From Lama guanicoe (taxonomy: Eukaryota), in the NCBI GenBank assembly GCA_013239625.1, contig MU053216.1, forward strand, positions 2,384,943-2,448,942: a DNA stretch of 64,000 bases, given 5' to 3'. The notes beneath the pieces were generated by a model, which worked only from the letters and a program-made list of their open reading frames with translations, was not told where the DNA came from and ran no database searches. Shown here in pieces: positions 1 through 13,269 of the stretch. Made by a program: the position numbers and the translations under genes. Position 1 is the stretch's first letter, and the number at the start of each line of letters is the position of its first letter.

Positions 1-145
1 AAGCGGATAGTTTGAACTTTATCATTCTGATTTTTTTGGTCTAAACTTATTTTTGTCCATTCTAAACTCCAGCGGGGATAGAGGTGGGAACATCTCCTCT
101 TCAACAAACATTCTCCACTCACCCTAGCTTCTTTTTGTTAAGACT

Positions 146-1770
146 GTTTTTTTAAAGAGCGCCTTGAAGTTTACAGCAAAACTGAGAGGGAGGTACGGAG
201 AGTTCTCGTATCCCCCTGCTCCCACACACGTACAGACAGTCCCGTATCAACGCCGCTCACCACAGTGGTACCTTTTTGTTAAACCAGGGATGAACCTACC
301 TTGACACATCATAACCACCGAAAGTGCCACAGTTTACCTTAGGACTTGCTCTCACCACTGTGCTGTCTGTGGGCCGGGACAAAGGCACAGTGACACAGAC
401 CCACCATTACAATACCATCCAGTACTTTCACCACCTTCAAAGTCCTCTGTGCCCCCTGTTCACCTCCCTAACCCTTGCCAAACACTCAGCCTTTTATTGT
501 CTCCATAGTTTTTCCTTTTCCAGAAAGTAATATAGTTGGCGTCCTATGCTATGTAGCCTTTTCGGATTGGCTTCTTTCACTCGTCACATGCATTTTAGGT
601 TCTTGCATGTCTTTTCATGGCTGGATGGCTCGTTTCTTTTTAGTGCTGAATAATATTCCATTGTCTCCATTCACTTAACTGAAGGACAGCCTACCTACTT
701 CCACGTTTTGGCAATTATGCATTACATATAAATTATATAATTACAATTATAAACATCATATAATTATAATTATATTATAAACATCCATGTGCCAGTTTTT
801 GTGTGGGTATAAGCTCAACTCCTCTAAGTAAATAACAAGGGACGTGACTGCTGGATGCACGGTAAAGGTATGTTTAGTTTTGCAGGAAACTGCCTAACTG
901 TCTTGCAAGGTAGCCGCACTGTTGTGCATTCTCAGCAGCAATGCACAGGGGTTCCTGTTGCTCCTCATCCCTGTCAGCATCTGATGTTGTCAGTGTTCTA
1001 GATTTTGTCCACAGGCATGTAGTGACATCTGAGTCTTGCTTTAATATGCATTTTCCTGCTGACGTAAGACGCAGACCATCTTTTCACATGCTCATTTGTC
1101 ATCTGTATACCTTCTTTGTTGACGTGTCTTTAAGGTTATTCACTTATTTTTTCATCAGGTTCTTTGTTTCCTGTTGTTGAGTTCTAAGGGTTCTTTGCAT
1201 ATTTTGGATAACATGTTTTCATCAGGTTTGTCTTTTGCAAATATTTTCTCCCAGTGCGTGATCTGTCTTCTAATTCTCTTCACATTTTCTTTTGAAGAGC
1301 AGGATTTTAAAAAAATTTTAATGAATTCCAGATTACCAATCACTTCTTTCACAGGCTGTGTCTTTGGTGTTGTATCTGAAAAGGAATCAGTGTCGTCATC
1401 CAGACTTTCTCCTATGTTATCTTACAGGAATTTAGGTTTACATTCCATTTTGAGCTAATTTGGGGGAGGGTTTAAGGTCTGTGCTAGACTAGTTTTGTGT
1501 TTGCATGTGGATGTTCGCTTGTGCCACGTGGTATGTTGGAGAGACCACCTTTGCTCCATTGTGTTGCCTTTGCTCTTCTGTTAAATCAATTGACTCTTTA
1601 TAGAGTTCTGTTATCAAGCCCTGTGTTTTGTGCCATTAATCCACTGATCTGATCTTTCCCCCAAAGAACACTGTCTTGATTCCTGCAGCTTTGTAGTAAG
1701 TCTCCCAGTGGGGTAATGTCAGTCCTCCAGCTCTGTTGTTCTCCAATGCTGTGGTGGCCGCTCGGGGTCT
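146..1770 (-). mobile_element. Old LINE-1 (L1MC/L1MB-like) 3' UTR plus degraded ORF2 3' end
   Basis: T-run at ~146, then a typical old-L1 3'UTR text. Minus ORF 1155-1352 (…KRIRRQITHWEKIFAKDKPD…ICKEPLELNNRK) is an L1 ORF2 remnant. Confidence 0.85.
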
Positions 1771-2269
1771 ACCTTAGCTTCTTCATCCAGCATCTCTCCT
1801 TATCCCTACCAAACGTCTTGAAATGTGTCATCTACAGCTGCTGCCACCACTGCTCATTTATTCATTTTATACAAACATAAAAATACAGTCATTATCTACA
1901 CACATATAATCACTTGTTTTATTACATGAATACATACTCATGTTTTTTTTTAAATTAGCTGACAGTAAAAGATTTATAAAGAAAAACTTCAGAAACTCTA
2001 TTCCCTCTTCCATCTCCAGCCTACCCACTTCCATTGCCAGAGGTAAACAGTTTATATCTTTTTCTTCTAGAAGATATTTCCATATTATTATAGTATACAT
2101 GCACTGCCCTTCTTTGATTTATCAACTATTAGCCATTATTTATGTTGGCTATGATAGAGAATGACTTAGTTTACACCACTGTGTACCCCCTTCCCTCTAG
2201 GCTCTAATCTGGTTTAAGTTAATAAACTCTATTTATACCTTTCTTGACTCTTCGTCTCTTACTCTACAG

Positions 2270-2998
2270 GCAGCTCATCAGCAAGCCAGTCACTTCCATC
2301 TTCAAAATGCATGTTGAACCTAAGTGCTTCTTGATAATTGCACCTGTTACCGCCTAAGGTCAGATCTTTTCACATCTTGTATGGGCTGCTGTAACTGATT
2401 TCCTAGCTATTTTTCTTGTTTCAGCTCTTGGCTGTCTGCAGTCTATTTTGTGCACAGAAGCCAGAGTGACTTAAATAAAATCAGTTCTCTTGTACTCTGC
2501 CCTCCAAAGACTTCAACCTTCTTGGTATTTCTAAAACCTTCCCCACATCTCCTAAAGACCTACACGAAATGGGCTCTGGCCACTGTCAAATGCCATCCTC
2601 CCCACTGATCACTGAATTCTTATCCTATTGACTTTCTTGATGTTTCTCAAATACACCAAGAACACTCCACTCGGAGCCCCTGGACCTGCTGGTCCCCCAG
2701 CCTGGAACGCTCTTGCTCCACACACTGAGGTCCATCTCCCTCTTGCTGCAGGTAGGCCTCATTTGAGAAGTCTTACATTTGAAAGTCATCTCATTAGAGA
2801 GACCACCCTTGACAGCCTTATCTAAAAAAGCGATCCCCTTCTCCCCTCAAAACCCTGCAATCTGTCTTTAAATCCTTATCTAGAATGTGAGCTACATGAG
2901 ATCGGAGGCAATGTTGGCTTTTGTCATTGCAAATCTCTCGCACCAACAGCAGTGCCTGGCATTAAAGAGTGACCAACAAACGTGTGTAGAATGATGAA
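2270..2998 (+). mobile_element. L2 LINE 3' fragment
   Basis: Ends in a degenerate L2 terminus (tagaatgtgagctacatgag…gtgcctggca…tagaatgatgaa). Confidence 0.7.
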
Positions 2999-3489
2999 CA
3001 CACGGCTAGACCATTACAGCTCGGAAAGCACGCATGTTTCAGTGGTGTGCTACATACGGCATCCTGCAAGTCTTGAACCCAAGAGGGGCGTCATTCCATA
3101 GAAATACGAAAATGAGAAAACAACTGCACTTGCCTCAATCCCTGAGAGTCAGAAGCCTCTTACAGTCTGCCCCTTCCGAAAGATCAGGAGGAGTTTTCAT
3201 CTGGTTAGAAATGCAGTCAGGCTCGGTGAGCCTTATTTCAAGCAGGAAAGTTTGTTTTTCATTTCAGAGATTTCAGAAGCCTTTCCAGTACGACCTTCCT
3301 GAGAGCCATTTGTGGACTCTCCTTTGACTGGGCTCTTCAGTCGTGAAACGCACTGTGTAGAAATATTTGTTTTCCTGTTGCAAAGTAGTTCATGTTGAAG
3401 CGCTATATACTCACCCACAGACACGCATCCTCAGCCCCCGGTTCATCTCGCTCGCACAGTCTCCTGTCCAAAGCCATGGCATTAACTAT

Positions 3490-4420
3490 CACTGACTCCT
3501 AAATTGTTAGGATGTTTCCCCAGTACCTAGCTCACTGATGATCTGTCTGGAGATGCCATAGAAGGTTAAATGGGAGAGAAAATGTGTAATTATTTTCCCT
3601 AAACCTGTTCTTGTTTCTGTATTTCTCACTTAAGAAGACTGACAGTCACACCAGATCTCCTTTTCTCATATAGCCTACGTAAGCAGTAAGTCACCACATT
3701 GTGTAGATTATTGCTTAAGAGACCTGTCTGCTCCTCTCTGAGCGCAGTGAGACCTCTGACCTTCAGCATTCTCTTTCCTACCCTACTACTCACAGACCCA
3801 GCCTCTCTGACTCAGGCTAACGCTCTCCCCAGCTGTCCCTTTTACCTCAGGCAGGTTCATGTCTGCACGTGCTCCATGTCCTTCAGTGACTCCCGGAGTG
3901 TCCAGGATAAAGGTCGATTAAAGAGTCACGCGATGCCCTTCGCTGCTGGACTGTGTGTCTCTCTAGCCCAGGCTCCTGCCTCTGTCCTGTGCAGATTCTT
4001 TGCACCTGCTGTTCCGAATGCTAACGGTTTGCCAAATGCACCACAGTGTTTCCTTCCCATGTTGTTCCCTTCACTTCAAGTGTCCTTGGCTGCAGTCTCT
4101 GTTGAGTTAATTTCTACCTGTCCTTGAAGACCAGCGTAAGCACTGCCTCTGCTAGGAATCCTCTTCTGAGTTCCCAGTGTGATCAGTACGGCCCTCCTTG
4201 GTGCTCCCAGGACAATGTGTGTGTAGCTGTTTCATAGACTTGTGATGCCGTCCTCGCTGTGCTGTCATAATTATTCCTCTCTCTCTACTCTCTTATTTGT
4301 GTATGTTGCCAATTAAGTTCCTAAAGGTCAGTGGTGGTAGCTGATCATTTCTACATCCCTACTGGCTAGCCTGGTAATGCTCATTAAGCATCCAAGCAAA
4401 GAAGGAAGAACGAATGAAGG
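3490..4420 (+). mobile_element. L2 LINE fragment
   Basis: Pyrimidine-rich L2-like text ending …aagttcctaaaggtcag…gctcattaagca…gaatgaa. Confidence 0.5.
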
Positions 4421-4617
4421 AAAGCTTTACTACTCAGACCTGGAAGAAATTTCCAGAACCAAAATAACTTTATGCTGCGTCATCAGGGCCCCGTGGGCGA
4501 ACATTACGTGTGGGTACAGAGTGTGGGCTTGCGTGTGCAGAACTGAGGATAGCAACTTTTCTATTTTGGTTTTCCACCAAACAGTAAGCATTATTTAATT
4601 GTCTAATGCAGTCCCGG

Positions 4618-4650
4618 TGTGCGTGTGCATGTGCGTGTGTGTGTGTGTGT
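4618..4650. repeat. (GT/GC)n microsatellite
   Basis: gtgtgcgtgtgcatgtgcgtgtgtgtgtgtgt. Confidence 0.9.
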
Positions 4651-4834
4651 TGAGCGAGAGGAGGGGTAGTTTGCAGAGCAATATGACCTCCGGGGACTTG
4701 ATTCAACTCGTCTCATTAATTCCTTTTCCACAAGCATTCGGACTATTGTTGTTGTTGGCATAGATGATAAATCTACCTATGTCTCCAGTATGTGCATAAT
4801 TCAGTAAATAAGGAGCTGGATAAATAAGACAGAC

Positions 4835-4978
4835 CTGCATAGCACTGATACAATCACCAAATTGCCACGACCTAAAAAGTGTGCTAAAGCCATAGAGTGA
4901 GTGATGAAAAGTCAATACATTTGAAATCCCTCTAATGGTCCTTAACATTAATGAACTGGTACATTTTCTTCCAGACAC
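4835..4978 (-). pseudogene. Exon-like segment (144 nt, one open frame)
   Basis: ccacag|GTGTCT…ATGCAG|gtctgt. Frame VSGRKCTSSLMLRTIRG…DCISAMQ is open; donor is weak. Confidence 0.3.
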
Positions 4979-6527
4979 CTGTGGTGTGACGAGCACAGAT
5001 GTCTTTCAGGCATGTACAGTTCCCTCTACGTCCTGCTATCTTCCCCCTGTGCTTGCTTAGGGACATCCTGTGTACAGGTTTGGTTCTAATTAGGGCCTGA
5101 ACGTTGTGGCTTGATTGTACACTCATAAGAACATAAAAAATAAGGGGAAAAAGACTATTTAGCAGATTAGAAGTTACAACAGCAAGAAATCCAATGGTCG
5201 AATAACCCCGGGGTCCTTCACCTCAAAAACCCTGCCCAGAAGGCCAGCCGAAACGTTTACGACTTGCAGAACGAAAAGGTGCCTCCTTATGTCTGTGCTA
5301 ACTGTGTTTCCCTTTAACTTCCGTTAAAGCCCCCTGGTGCTACATACGCTGAAAGGGAAAAGTGACCTGCATCATCTGCACGTGTGATTCCGTGCACTTT
5401 ACTTAGACCCTCCGTGTTACTTCCGTAGCAGGAAAGGTCTGCTCTACCAGGCCTTGTGATTCGTTCCTTCCCAGCTATTGTCATCTGGCTTTCAGCTTTT
5501 CTCTTTCTCTTTCTCTCTCTTCTTTTTCTTAATTTAATTTCATTTTGAAAAAAAAAAAGTTGAGATGTAGATACGCACCCTCAAAATCCTTTACTACCGA
5601 TCGCAGCGTTTAACTAGAACTGCACTTGTAGGACGAATACATCTTGACAAAGGACAACAAAAGCAAGAGCTCTGACGGGTGATGATAGAAGCGTCTCCTC
5701 TGCGGCCGGCATGTGATTAAGCACAACAGCACATAACAGCTTTCTAAGATTTCTGACACCAGGGTCCACCTCTTTTATGTGCTCTGAATTGTTACTGGCA
5801 CCCCATAGGTGTTTAATAAATATTAATACTGCTAAGTTTAATAATAAATGAAAAAGGAAAAACTGATCTCTAGAAAATCCTGGGGTGGAGACGTGCCGGA
5901 AGATGCGATTCCGTTTTCAAGGACAATATTCTTTTATTTCAGGCATAATCTTACAGGTGTAAAATTTTATCTGCTTCATTTAAAAATAATACAAAGGTTA
6001 CTCGTAGCCAACTCCTTCAGTTAGTGCGGAGTAAAATTTCATTTTCAGATTAAACAGAAACAGGGACATAAACCAGAATGGTAGACCAGTTCACGACCAA
6101 CAAGTGTACATGCAGAATTAAGGCCAGACGGGGCTATAAAACTAGCCCCTGAGTCTCGACCTATAATTCCGTGTGTTTCTGCGGAATCAGACGGAACACC
6201 AGCCAGGAAGAAGGAAGTAGTCAGGCACTGGAATCGCTCCACGATTTCTCACCATCCTGTCAACCACCCGCACGTGCCTAGAAACCGGCCATCCTAGGCT
6301 GCCGAGAGGGACAGGAAAGCGGATGTGAGTTGATGCAGCAGAGGGAGAAGAGTGACGGGGACACTGTGCAGAGGCCGTGTTTGCTCAGATGCTCACTGTG
6401 GAGGTTAGAAGTGGTTCCTCCAAGCAGAGCCCGACTCCATCTTGCTGAATACAAGAAATATTGGTCATGTCTTAGAATTAGTTACTTATTCATCGAGATG
6501 GAAAGGATTTGAGGCCATAAGACTTAC

Positions 6528-6750
6528 CTCCCTGCACGTGGGCGGACCTGGACTTCAGCAAAGCAGCAGGGGGCTTACTCAGACTGCTTGCAGGCGTGTG
6601 AGTCAAGTGGATTCTTTTTTTTCCTTCTTTATAAAAAGAGGGTGGATCGATCAGTCAAATAATAGGTCTTCCCACTCTGACTTGTACCGTATTGTCCCCC
6701 AGAACTGTCCGGTGGGAGGAGAAACTCGACTTCTCAAGTATCTCACCAAC
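6528..6750 (-). pseudogene. Exon-like segment with in-frame stops
   Basis: Consensus donor GAG|GTAAGT. Reads LVRYLRSRVSPPTGQFWGTIRYKSEWEDLLFD*SIH…. Confidence 0.4.
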
Positions 6751-7894
6751 CTATATACTGTGTCAGAGATGAACGCAGACCCAGAGACTGTTTCACTGAG
6801 AAAACACACTAATCAGAGACTGTTAGCCCTTAACTTTCAAATAAGGACACATCAGAGTCAGGGTTCCCTCAGTCTCTTCACCCTTGAACTGGGAAAAAAA
6901 AACAAAACAAAAATATGAGGTAAAATAATTTAAGGGAAACATATGCAAAAGAAATAGAAAGGGGAATGTGTGTTCATGTATCCATACCCCACTTGACTCC
7001 AGAAAAGAAGGCAGCAGAATTTATAAAGTGTGATGTAATGGGATAAAAGAACCCAAAACCTTTCATAAAATCAGCCCCCACCCAGCCACAAATAAACTGG
7101 GAGTCTGGAAATATTGGCGTCACAGATTTTTTTCATAATACTGACTGTAGCGTGCACAGGACCGAAACACTGGTCAAGCAGAGTCAGGATTATGCTGGAA
7201 ACTTTCTGTTTCTAAGGTGTCTTGGATGCTTCAACTTGGACTCGAGAGAGGTCAGATTACCTAGCAGAAAATCCCAGACAGTGTCAAAGTGCATCACGGC
7301 GACTGACGTTAATGTTAAGCAGGCTGGAAAGGTCTGGCCAGAAATGACGCCACATGTCAAGAGCACGCTGACTGGCTAGAATGAGGCCTCACGCTGGAAA
7401 GCACAGCTTGTCGAAGATAAAGTGCTGTGACAGGCTTGCGTGCCCGACGTGGACGTTCCACGCGGACCACAAATTGGGAGACGAGCCGCAGCTACTGACC
7501 ACGCTCAGCGCCCTCCCTCCTCCAGGGACTGTGAGGCTGAAGTGGCAATTCAGGTCACGGGCTTGTGTTCCCGACAAAGCCAGTGTGACTGACTCGCGGG
7601 GAAAAAGACAGCTCTGACCTTGGCACAGGTAGCGGGATAGTGTCCTTGAAGGATACCTCGAAGGTCAAGCTCCCTCTTTAATTAATAAGCCAAAATTCTC
7701 AAATTCCACCTTTGTTTTAAGGTTTGGATTTTCCCTTTAAGTAAATTTTCCACTAGGAAACATGATAAATTAAGTTTTAAGTTATTATCAAGATGCAGTC
7801 CTTAGCAAAAGCAAGGATGAAGACCTTCTGGGTAGGATCAAGGAAAGGGGGCTTAAGGACGGGAAAAAGACAGAAAGGGGGTTAAGAAACTTGC

Positions 7895-8043
7895 CCTGGT
7901 TTACAGCTTTGCCAAAGGCAGTGTTCGCAAACATAGCCCAAGGCGCCCCAAACCAAAGGAATCCAAGGAAAGAAAGTGTGAAGCCATAAAGCAGGGGTTC
8001 TCTTCTTCTCTCCAAGGCATTACAGGATGGTTTTCTGGGGGTA
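7895..8043 (-). pseudogene. Exon-like segment
   Basis: Strong acceptor attttattttgtttcag; donor AGG|gcaagt (GC type or mutated GT). Reads PPENHPVMPWREEENPCF…*. Confidence 0.35.
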
Positions 8044-8319
8044 CTGAAACAAAATAAAATCACTTATAACAGCTGCAGAATGTTCCGGAAACAGAGAGTG
8101 GGAATCACCTATGCCTCCATTACTATTCCTACAAAGCAATTTTCATCTTTGCATTTTTCTCTGTAGTTATTTTTGCAAGCATAGGATGCTCAAATCACCT
8201 GCAATGTGGTTTTTATGCATTTTCAATAGTGTTTCATGTGAAATAAGCATTACACATGTCTTCACTCTATCTTCAAGCTTTTAAGTGGCTGCAAAGTATT
8301 CTGTCATCTGGTTGAGCCA

Positions 8320-9090
8320 ATGATTCACATATTCACCAAGTGTTTGTTTACTAGTTGGCACACTTCAGGCACTGGCTCAGGAACTGGGCACACAGCAGAG
8401 AACCCAAGGTCCCAAATTCTCTTCTCACAGAGCTGGACTTTCAGTGGTGGACACAGACAACAGGTAAATAAATAAGATGGTGGGTGGTGATGAGGGTTTC
8501 AAAGAAAGAGAAAAGTGTGTCAGGAAGAGGGGTTTGGAAACCTGGTGTGAGGGTAAGAGAGCCAGGAAGATAGATCCCCCTGAGGTGCAGACATTTAAAG
8601 AGTCATGAACGAGGCTAAGACGAGCCGTGAAAATCTCTTGGGGAAAAGCATTAGGCAGAGAGGGAAGAGAAAGCACAGCAGCCTGGAGGTGTAATCAGGC
8701 TTCAGGTTTCGAGAAGCTTCAAGAAAGCCCGTCCAAACGGAACGTTCTGATGCAATGACAGACAGGCGTGAAGGAGTCCAGGAGAGGCCACGTCGCCCAG
8801 GGCTGGGCTGAGGACGCAGGCCGGGGGCTGTGTGTTTCTTAGTGCGCTGAAGTCTTTTGAGAGCATCACCCCCTGACCTGCACGTGGAGTGATTTTTGGA
8901 AGGGTGGCCACAGAGACTGAGACCAGAGGGGATTTGGGAAAGCCGTTCGGCAGCTATCGTAACAATCCAGGCTGAGCAGAGAAAAATGGTGAGATTATAA
9001 CAGAGGCAACAGGATTTGTTAGTGGGTTAATTATAAGGTGTAAGAGACAGAGAGATTAAAGACGACTTCAAGATTTTGAACCTAAGCAAG
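8320..9090 (-). mobile_element. L2 LINE fragment
   Basis: Reverse L2 terminus (attcacatattcaccaagtgtttgtt…) and purine-rich L2 body (…taacaatccaggctgag…gacgacttcaagattttgaacctaagcaa). Confidence 0.7.
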
Positions 9091-10169
9091 CCATGCCATG
9101 TATTATGTCAAAATACATTTTTCAAAAAGTTGAAAATGTGACTGTTTTACAAATACCATGGAAGAGAAAATCAGAGGCTGGTTTGAGGGAGGCTGAAAGG
9201 GACAGGAGCTGTGTGGGACGGCAGAAGGAATACCGGGACAGGCTCACTGGGTTAGACACCAAACTCCCCAGTGACCCAAAGCTCAATAAAGGCACAACCA
9301 TCTGTATGTGCATCTTGATAAAACAAAACTCTTCAAGTTAACCTGTGCTTTAACAGAACGTGAGCCTTTAATAACACACGTGACTCACACAAAGGCGCCT
9401 CTCCGAGTGAGTGTGTCCAGCGAGATTCCAAGCCTACCCCGAAAGGACAGGGCGGTCTTGCTCTGCCTTACTGCGAGTTTCAGGTATTTTATTTTTGTAA
9501 AAACTGAGAGAGCAAACTCTAGAAGAGGGGCGAACTGTGAAGAAGGATCAGTCACTTAATTGTTCACCCACTGCTAAACATTTCATTTACGTGTAATATT
9601 TTAATACTATAAATAATAGGGTGTTACTGTCTTTTTTGTTGGGGGCATGCCCTTAAAATGAATTCCCAATAAAGGAAGTAATTGGTCCCTATATAATTTT
9701 GATATTTGATATAGAAAATTATTTGTTTTACTACCAATGTACTATTCCAGTTAGTTTTTGTGTTTTTTTCTACCTAGCCTGGGGAATTCACCCATTACAC
9801 GTCCATGTTACATTTGGTAGGAGTATTATCATTTTCTTATCTTATTATCTTGTTTTCCAGAATTCACCTGTCTATAAAAGCTGTTGATCTTGGGGGCTGG
9901 GTGGGGTGTGTGTGTGTGTGGCCGGGGTGGGAGGTCACTGGATTACCAAAACTGCTTCTAATTGAAAGACTTCCCCAGAGCTGAAAGGTAGTTTTTAAAA
10001 AGTAATTGTTATTAAATGTGTCCTGTTTTAGTCACCATGAGAACGGAAAGGGCTTACAAGATGCGGTGACCGTGATGGCCTTGAAAAAGCTACAACATGG
10101 CTGTATCTTTCTGTGAGTTGTGAGGGTGATCTGACCCGTGGATACAACTGGGCAGAAGCACCAGGCAGG

Positions 10170-10310
10170 GATAAGAACGCGGACTTCGGAGACAATGTTA
10201 ACATGCACTGAATGTGTGTGTCTCAGTATCTCTGATGCTTAGTTTTTTACTTATAAAATGAAGACAGTTTTATCCAGATTGTAAGAATATTGTAAGAGGT
10301 AAACGCACAT
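10170..10310 (+). mobile_element. MIR SINE fragment
   Basis: Core-like tctctgatgcttagttttttacttataaaatgaaga. Confidence 0.5.
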
Positions 10311-11215
10311 GACTGTCCACCAACACCCACTTTAACTCTCTGTCATCTCTCTATTGATCAGTATGCTGACGCCTCCCGCACAGGATCTTAGGTGACTGCA
10401 CAACACTGACGCTGGAGTTGTAACACACCCCAGCACACAGTAAGCAATCGATAAACAGAATCACTGTTGCTTGTATTTCCGCAAGCATTTTATGCTGAGT
10501 CAGATCCTCACCCTTGCTCCCGTGACAGGATCTGCCTCCACTTTGCCGCCTCCATCTCTCTCCAACCTCCCACTTTTCAAGGCTCAGCTGAGCTGTCTCC
10601 TCCATGAAAGCGCCCTGGACCCACCAAGGTGAGTCTACCTCACTGCAGCCCAAACTCCTGGCACATACTTGGCTTAAAGATGAATATCAATCATTACGTC
10701 ATGTGAATAACGGAGTCTAAAAAATCATACAATTACCTACTTACTCAGTTGTATTACAGAATCACGATTAAGCGATTCTAAACCCGGTTGTCCAAACCAC
10801 TCCCAGAAGAACGTGTCTACCGCCCTCTCCAGGCTTTCCTTCGCCCTCTCGTCTCTGTCGGCGTGCACGAGGGAAGCTGCACAGCAGTCTGAAGACTGGA
10901 AGAACCACTAAACACCACCTGCCTGCCCTCGCTCCCCCAGGGCTCAAACGCTGTGCTTGCTGTCACTTTAAAGGCAGCAGAGTCTGTAAAGTTGCCTTAC
11001 ATTCATAACTTCAATTAAACGAAAGAATCTAAAAGTAATTGATTCCACAGTTTTAAGAGAATACTAGCAAGTAGGTAGGAATAAAGAATTTGGAAACCAT
11101 ATCATAAGAGCTAGCGTTCAGGGCACTAGATAACAGTGTTAAATGGCCATCAAACTCATTCTTCAAAATAGTGCTTGAGACCTGGACCTGTCATAGAAAA
11201 CCTTCACTGCTTCTT

Positions 11216-11329
11216 ATCCATTCTTTATCTTTATTTATTCAGTTATCTATTGATGGAGGTACCGGGAATTGAATCCAGGACTTCCTGCATGTTAAGCACG
11301 TGCTCTGCCACTGAGCTAGACCCTCCCCT
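11216..11329 (-). mobile_element. tRNA-derived SINE (camelid Vic-1-like) with 13-bp TSD
   Basis: Minus strand ggggagggtctagctcagtggcagagcacgtgcttaacatgcaggaagtcctggattcaattcccggtacctcca (A/B boxes) plus A-rich tail. TSD ttcactgcttctt at 11203-11215 and 11330-11342. Confidence 0.9.
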
Positions 11330-13269
11330 TTCACTGCTTCTTGAGTAGTTTTCTGAATATAATCTTAACATCATGTTCAACAGCCAATGACAAGACAGAA
11401 TCACCCACAACAAAGCTCTGGAAAGCAGCCAGCCCACCAGCCTTGCTGTAACACTGTCAACAAGTTAACGCTGCTGGAACACACGTGTAAATACGGCCTA
11501 ACTGGCAAACAGGTGTGCCTCAAACCGGGGGAGAACAAAGACTCAATCGAGGCTACGAAGGCACACCAGAGACTTCGGAGTAGCACTGCTCTAAGTAATT
11601 AGTAAGCAGGAATCACTGTTTAAGCAAAGAAACATTTATTTGTAAATCAAAGATATGGGGGATTTTTGGGGGGTATGGGAATCAAAACCACCTGGAAGCA
11701 CAAGGGAAAAACCAGGAGTTATAACGCTTCCCCAGAAGGAAAAATGCCATCGTTTTCATAGAGGAAGAACGACTCTTATGCAGTTAATAACTCTGGGTGT
11801 CAACTCTACCTGTAAAATGGGCGCACACGGAGGATTTATGTGCTGTGCATGTTGAGCTTGGATGATTTTAGTGACCATAGTGCACCTGTCCCAAGATGTC
11901 CAGCAAAAGTGGTTTCCTGGATTTCCTAGAGAGAAAGCTCCAACGTGATGTCATGACTATGCATCTACAAAAAAATCCATGTCCCCTGAGGTATAGAATC
12001 TAGGTCACCAGAGACTTATGAGTCTCCAGATGACACAGGCAGTGGGCATGTGAGCAAACAAGCAGCGCACTGAAGTGACCAGAAAGACTAACAGGGCAGC
12101 ACTCCACGTGTGGTGAACCTGGGAAGGGAGACTCCAGGCGTAGGCAAGGAGAATGAAGAAGACAGCTTTGGGATATTGAGGCAGCAGAGCATGCAGTAAC
12201 CAAGGAATTAGAGATGGACTTTATACTTGACCTTGGGAGAAAAAATAAAGTGAATAACTTGAAAGATGGGCAAGAGAAGGTTGAGATGAAAAGAAAACAT
12301 GCATCTGAGTTCGTGCAGATGGAGGAGGGGGTCAGGTGGGAGGCCCAGGGCGAATACCCCATTGGGGGTTTCAGTTAGTGACATAAACCAGTCATAACTC
12401 TGATTAGAGAGGATCATGAATATATCCTGAGAATGGATCCAGTCAACGCCGTTGTCAAAACATGTTCATGCTTGGCCTTCTGGGCGGATACAGACAAGGA
12501 GGCCCCATCTCCCTGAATCCCAGGAATGGGAACTTCACCCCGACAGCCGGTTTTGTGTGACAACTGTTGGTTAGTTTTCTAAACCCGGTTGTCCAAACCA
12601 CAACCCTAGAATTGGTGTAAGTAGAGGATGGCCCTTCCCGCTGGGGGCTGGGAAAACTATACAAAGCTGCTCCCCATAATCTCTGGCCACCCATAGGATT
12701 TGTCTCACCCTGAGCTTCTTTGGGTAAGATCATCAGATAGAAGGAAATGATACTGAGAAAGAAAAGAAGCAGCGGTGAGACCACTAGCCTGAGAACAGTA
12801 GTGGGGAAGGAGCAAGAAAAGAAGAAGTGAGCTCAGCAGAGGATGTGTTAGCTGTCACTGACCCCCTTTTGGAAGGATGAGGAACCTAGGCCACCTAATG
12901 TCACCATCATCATCACAGGTCACTGAGGGACTAACGCTGGTGTCTGGAAAAGCATGGGGTAAATGTGGAAGCTCGTTCTTTTCCACTCAGGTGGTGAACA
13001 TCTCCAGCTGATCCCAGCCGCACCTGCATCTGGTTATATCAGGAGATGCCTAGGAGAGGCGCACAGCACGCAGCTTCTAAAAGGCATCTGCAGAGGCAAA
13101 GCCCATCGGAAAAGCACTGGAGCACAAACGAGGGCTCAGATTAATGGACCTACTAAATAATTTAGTGGAAGAAGGGAAGAGAAAGTTTAACAGGTGAATT
13201 AAAATAAGAATATTTAAGCACACAGGGAAAAACAAAAAAAAAGGTTACCTCTGTAAAGGGAACACTTTT

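Noticed and set aside
715..790. AT-rich quasi-palindromic stretch with attataaacatc repeated
   Set aside because: Local slippage expansion inside an old L1.
6442..6918. 158-aa plus ORF (and the 171-aa ORF at 15615-16130)
   Set aside because: Non-ATG starts, no recognisable domain, and antisense to the minus-strand exon-like segments.
11250..11329. tRNA gene
   Set aside because: The A-rich tail and TSD show it is a SINE, not a tRNA gene.
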